DNA of 63,653 nt, the filler included, from Folioceros fuciformis (lineage: Eukaryota), in NCBI GenBank assembly GCA_049999805.1. It is 10 parts of 10 records of this genome, joined end to end, with 100 filler letters (N's around TTAATTAATTAA, not from the genome) between each part and the next. Parts side by side here need not be neighbours in the genome. Positions count along the whole stretch, not along the records: positions 59,237 to 62,286 come from JBNGIO010005118.1; positions 62,387 to 63,653 come from JBNGIO010005139.1; 8 more parts are not named here. One strand, 5' to 3'. Position numbers and translations under genes: made by a program. Positions 59,521-63,653 of the stretch are shown in pieces. The notes under the pieces were generated by a model. It searched no databases, had not been told where the DNA came from, and was given only the letters and a program-made list of their open reading frames with translations. How positions within the stretch are numbered: the stretch's first letter is position 1; every line of letters begins with the position of its first letter.

Positions 59521-62222
59521 TTTCCTAGAGCGGAGAGCGTTGGAGAGAAGAGATTTGGTCTCATGAAACAACAACAATACATTTAATTAAAGGAAAAAGT
59601 CTTTAAGTACAAAATTGTAAAGAACTAAGTGACTTTTCATTCTTGGGGTTGATTACTTGACCTAACTTATATGTTTAATAAAAGTCCAAGTGACATGGTT
59701 ATGAGAGGACCCTAACTGGGTTCAATAATGTCTCAATGTCAAAGGAGATTTCCACTAGAAATGGTTGAATGTTTGTGATGAATCGAACCAACAATGATTC
59801 CACAATCTCTAAGTGAAGAGTGCAACAAAGGGATCTTCTACAGGGAATGGATTTTCTTCTACAATCCTTTGTCCTCCTCTTGCTAGGAAAGCACTTTCCT
59901 CTTTTTCTTCGTCTTCACTTACTTACACAGGATTTTTGGTTATCTTGTTCAACTATGACGGTGGGGAGAATCACTCTTGGCAGACTTCCACTCGACTCTG
60001 GAAACTATTTGGGGAAGGCTGCTTATTGGCACCAAACCTATCTCTATGTACAATCCAAAATTCAATGATGAGGTCATTATGACGCCTCTAAATGTACTCA
60101 TGCTGAGAAAGAACCGTTGGAGGAACATAAGAGGGAGGTTGGACAACACGCCTCACATTCCTTTGAGGCATTTTTCATTGTAGGTCACTAGTATTCTTGT
60201 AGCATTTTAAGCTAACGGAATTTTGAAATATTGTGTGTAGGCAAGCAAGACAAAGGTGTGGGCAAAACTTGATATCTATGAAAGATAAATGTTTGATTTG
60301 CTTATATCTTTGTTTTGCTTATCATGGACAACATGGCCTTAGCTACTTAGCATAGCTATTATGTAAATAGTCCAGCAAAAGGCTCATAGCATGGCTTGAA
60401 TACCATGACACAAAGTGCTACTCATAGAGAACATATGCAATAGCTATCAACAATAACAACCAAATTAATTAACAAAAATTATGTGTATTATGTACAGTCT
60501 GGTAAAGTAACCCTAAAGGGATTGTTACTAAACCCATGTGAGGTCAACTAATTGTGGTTAACTATTTAACCCTAAAAAAGGGGAGATAGGGGCATAGGGT
60601 GCGAAAGTGAGGAGAGGGGAGGCGAAGACCACGAATGAGGGCAAAGAAAGGCTTATGGACATGTGGGGGCAGAGAAGGGAGGAAGAGGGAAAAAAGGCAT
60701 AAAGGCGTGGACACATTATGGCACCTTTGACCACCACCTTGCACTTCTTTAATAGGGTTCTATATTTATATACATATAAATAATAATAAAGTTGATAAAT
60801 TATGAGAAAATATAATAATTTAAATTAATTAGCACATCTTAATTTCACTACAAAGAGTTTTTTTGTCACAGAATAATTGAATATGTACATATTGGGCCTC
60901 GATTTTCCAACTTGATTCTTCAAACAATACTCGTTTTACTCAAACCCATTTCACCTAAGGTGAAAGTTATATAACAATGGACATAATATGTTTTTTATGT
61001 AATGTGGAAAGTTTAAAGGCTTTTTTCTTGTACAAATTATTTACATGATTAATTGGTCGTTTATAAGAAACATGCATAATAGAATTTGATGCAAATGCTA
61101 ATAGTGAGGCATAGTGACATAAATGTAAAATTTTATTGAGAGAAAATAAGAAGAGCTAATAATTTGGAGTTGCGATATGATTTATAATTTATTCTATGTC
61201 ATAAATGTAGGGAAAAAAACTTTTGATAATTGGGACAACAAGTATTAGCCATGTAATGCAATCTTTTGGGTTTACTTTTGGATTGAATGTGATATTATCA
61301 GTACCAAACTTAAAGCAAGAAAATATAAAAATGGCAAGTTATAATAAAGTTTTAAATTCTCCACTTATCAATTAATATACAATAAAAAAATAACATATTG
61401 ACTTTGAGCTTGTGTAGGTACTTGAAGAGCTTGAAGCTTTTAAAGATATTGATTTGCCTCATGCAATTGAAGCACTTGATAATGAGGTTCTCAAACCCTA
61501 TAGATATACTCTAATAAGTAATTTATCAAAATAAAAAATACTTATTCATTTAGTACTTAATTGAAATAAAGCCAACAATACTGAAGTTACTACAACGTAT
61601 AGGTATCAATTAAGAAATTATTGCTGCTTTTGGATATGGCAAAGCATAGAAAGGATAGTGAAGATGCCAAGACTACCTCCACGAAGACTAAGACAATTAA
61701 AATGTCATATTCTGTGGAATGTCTTAGAGATCTCTCCTAATATGATATGTTTTAATAATATTATTTTATATGATATATATGCATGTTATACATGTATAAC
61801 ACACACACTTTAATAAAAATATACATATGATATAAATAAACAAAGGTAGGAAGTGAGAGAAGGTAAGATAATATTTTTATTTTTATATGAGACAAAATGT
61901 GGCCAACTGCTAAGTGTGTTATTGTGAGCAACAAAAGGATGGTAATAGGCTATAAGGGCACATTGCTACAGGCCATGGGGGAGATCAACAATTTGGAGGT
62001 GGAGCTTGAGCCACAACGGATTGCTGGCTGGTTTGAGGTAGAAGGTACTGGTGGCTTTAAGGCCTTTGCTAGCTGACCAAGGGGTGAAGACACTTATATC
62101 TACCGAGAGTTGCAAGCAGTTGGAAGGGGGCTCGATTGAAAATCTGTGAGGTTTGTGAGTAGAACCTATGGTGGAGCCCACTAGAGAATAAGGAGAAGCT
62201 AAGGCAGCAAGGCTGACACATC

Positions 62223-62286
62223 TGTGAAACTCCAAAGTTTGGGGTAGTAGTTTGTTTTGGTTGAAAAAGGGTTAATAGTGGTATGG
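62223..62286 (+). mobile_element. Third copy of the TGTGAA... repeat terminus, cut by gap
   Basis: TGTGAAACTCCAAAGTTTGGGGTAGTAG..., one mismatch to 26550 onward. Confidence 0.9.
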
Positions 62287-62386
62287 NNNNNNNNNNNNNN
62301 NNNNNNNNNNNNNNNNNNNNNNNNNNNNNNTTAATTAATTAANNNNNNNNNNNNNNNNNNNNNNNNNNNNNNNNNNNNNNNNNNNN

Positions 62387-62738
62387 GGCAAGAAGGGAAT
62401 GGAGGAGGAAGGGAGAAAGGGGGAAAAGGGATGGGGACGGCCGCAACCCCTGCCTCTAGCTCTAGCTAGGGCATGGCCTCCATGGCCGTTCATGCCAGCC
62501 AAGCAATCAGCCAGCCTATCGTCAGACCCTGACATACCCAGATACCCAGATACCCGTTCCTATGTTCAAACCCTTATTTTATTAATTTATTATTTAATAT
62601 TATATTATTATTAATCATTTAATATTATATATCTTTAATAAAATTAGGGAAAATAAGTAGAAAAAGAAAACCAAACCATACCACTATTAACCTTTTTCAA
62701 CCAAAACAAACTACTACCCCAAACTTTGGAGGTTCACA
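62387..62738 (-). mobile_element. Fourth copy of the repeat terminus, with an internal deletion relative to 26881-27567
   Basis: Near-identical to 27021-27300 and 27470-27567. Ends GGAGGTTCACA. Confidence 0.9.
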
Positions 62739-63181
62739 CATGCCTGCCCCCAAGGGCTTCAACCTTCAGCAATGCCCACCAATCTCCAGCAAATCCTTCA
62801 CAACTCCTCACAATCTCTCATGGGTTTCCATAGGCTTCCATAGCTGCTCACAAACACCTCAAAATCTTGCAGCAACTCTCCAGATTTCGCATCCAATCTT
62901 CAGCATTCTTCCTCCATTCTCCAGCAATCTTCTCAGCCGTTTTCTCCAGCTCTTCAGCAATGTCTCCAGCAATCTTATAGCAACATCAGTAGCCTTCCAT
63001 AGTCCTCCACAAACATCCAGGGATTCCTAAGAAATTTCCTAGCAATCTGGTTCAAACCTCAGCAAACTCTCCTAACAATTTCTCAACGATTTCTCAGCAA
63101 ATCTCCTCCAACAATGTTCCACGGTTCTCTTTATTCTTCCAGCTCTCTCTCCTCACCAGATTCAGCACACAGCTGATGGTT

Positions 63182-63653
63182 CAGGGAATAAGGGAAGGAG
63201 GAAATCTCCGTCCACTCCAGCAGCGATGGATTCGTCCTTTTTTTCTCACCTACAGACAAAAATCAGTCCTCACTCTCTTCTTCTCAACTCACTCCAGCTC
63301 CTCAGACTCCTTCTCCTCCTCTTCTTACTCACTCTTCTCACACATTCTCCAACACTTCTTCTTCTCCACACACTCTCTTCTCTCACACAGTCCTTCTCCT
63401 TCTCAACTCACACTCTTTTCAACTCCAGATTAAAAATGCAGTCAACTCGCCCAGGGAATAAGGGAAGGAGAAGCTCTCCCTCCACTCCAGCATGGTGGAT
63501 TCGTCCCCCTCACTTTCCATTGCAAAACACAACTGGTCGTTCAGGGAATAAGCGAAGGAGGTGCTCCTTCCACTCTAGCAACGGTGGATTCGTCCCCCTC
63601 ACTTTCAGCTGTGGAGCAAAAATCCTCAACTACCCCTAGGAGTGTCTCGCACT
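63182..63653. repeat. Three copies of the GGGAATAAGGGAAGGAG...GGATTCGTCC unit (63182, 63452, 63542), with a CT-rich tract between the first two
   Basis: Direct comparison of the copies. Homologous to 11074-11403. Confidence 0.88.

Noticed and set aside
59502-60200. Endogenous caulimovirus suggested by TGGTATCAGA
   Set aside because: The motif abuts a CA-ending LTR-like end, and no movement protein, capsid or viral RT motifs are recognisable.
60480-61950. AT-rich stretch as possible gene or organellar insertion
   Set aside because: No sustained ORF, RNA gene or recognisable motif.

Overview
This is plant nuclear DNA, probably from a non-seed land plant (inferred from short secreted-type polyphenol oxidases, a PLS-PPR remnant and a CRE-type retroelement). 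It consists of ten sequence segments joined by nine artificial 100-nt linkers (44 N + TTAATTAATTAA + 44 N), so adjacency across gaps is not guaranteed. Most of the window is decayed, nested transposable elements: at least five Ty1/Copia copies, a chromodomain Ty3/Gypsy, a CRE-clade RLE non-LTR element, an L1-like LINE fragment, pogo/Tigger and MULE/SWIM remnants, solo LTRs and tandem repeats. Host genes are a complete 3-exon polyphenol oxidase (36214-37691 +), the 3' end of a convergent PPO paralog (43247-43805 -), the C-terminus of a subtilase (48249-48572 -) and a frameshifted PLS-E PPR pseudogene. Four observations stand out. (1) A decayed ORF carries a ParB/Srx-like GGNH domain at about 7.9-9.6 kb. 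(2) The two PPOs lack the C-terminal shield domain and the gatekeeper Phe; the complete copy also has a signal peptide and lacks the thioether Cys. (3) A multi-hairpin repeat unit with compensatory changes is shared between 11.1-11.4 kb and 63.2-63.65 kb. (4) A young TGTGAA...TTCACA repeat sits in inverted orientation across two separate gaps.
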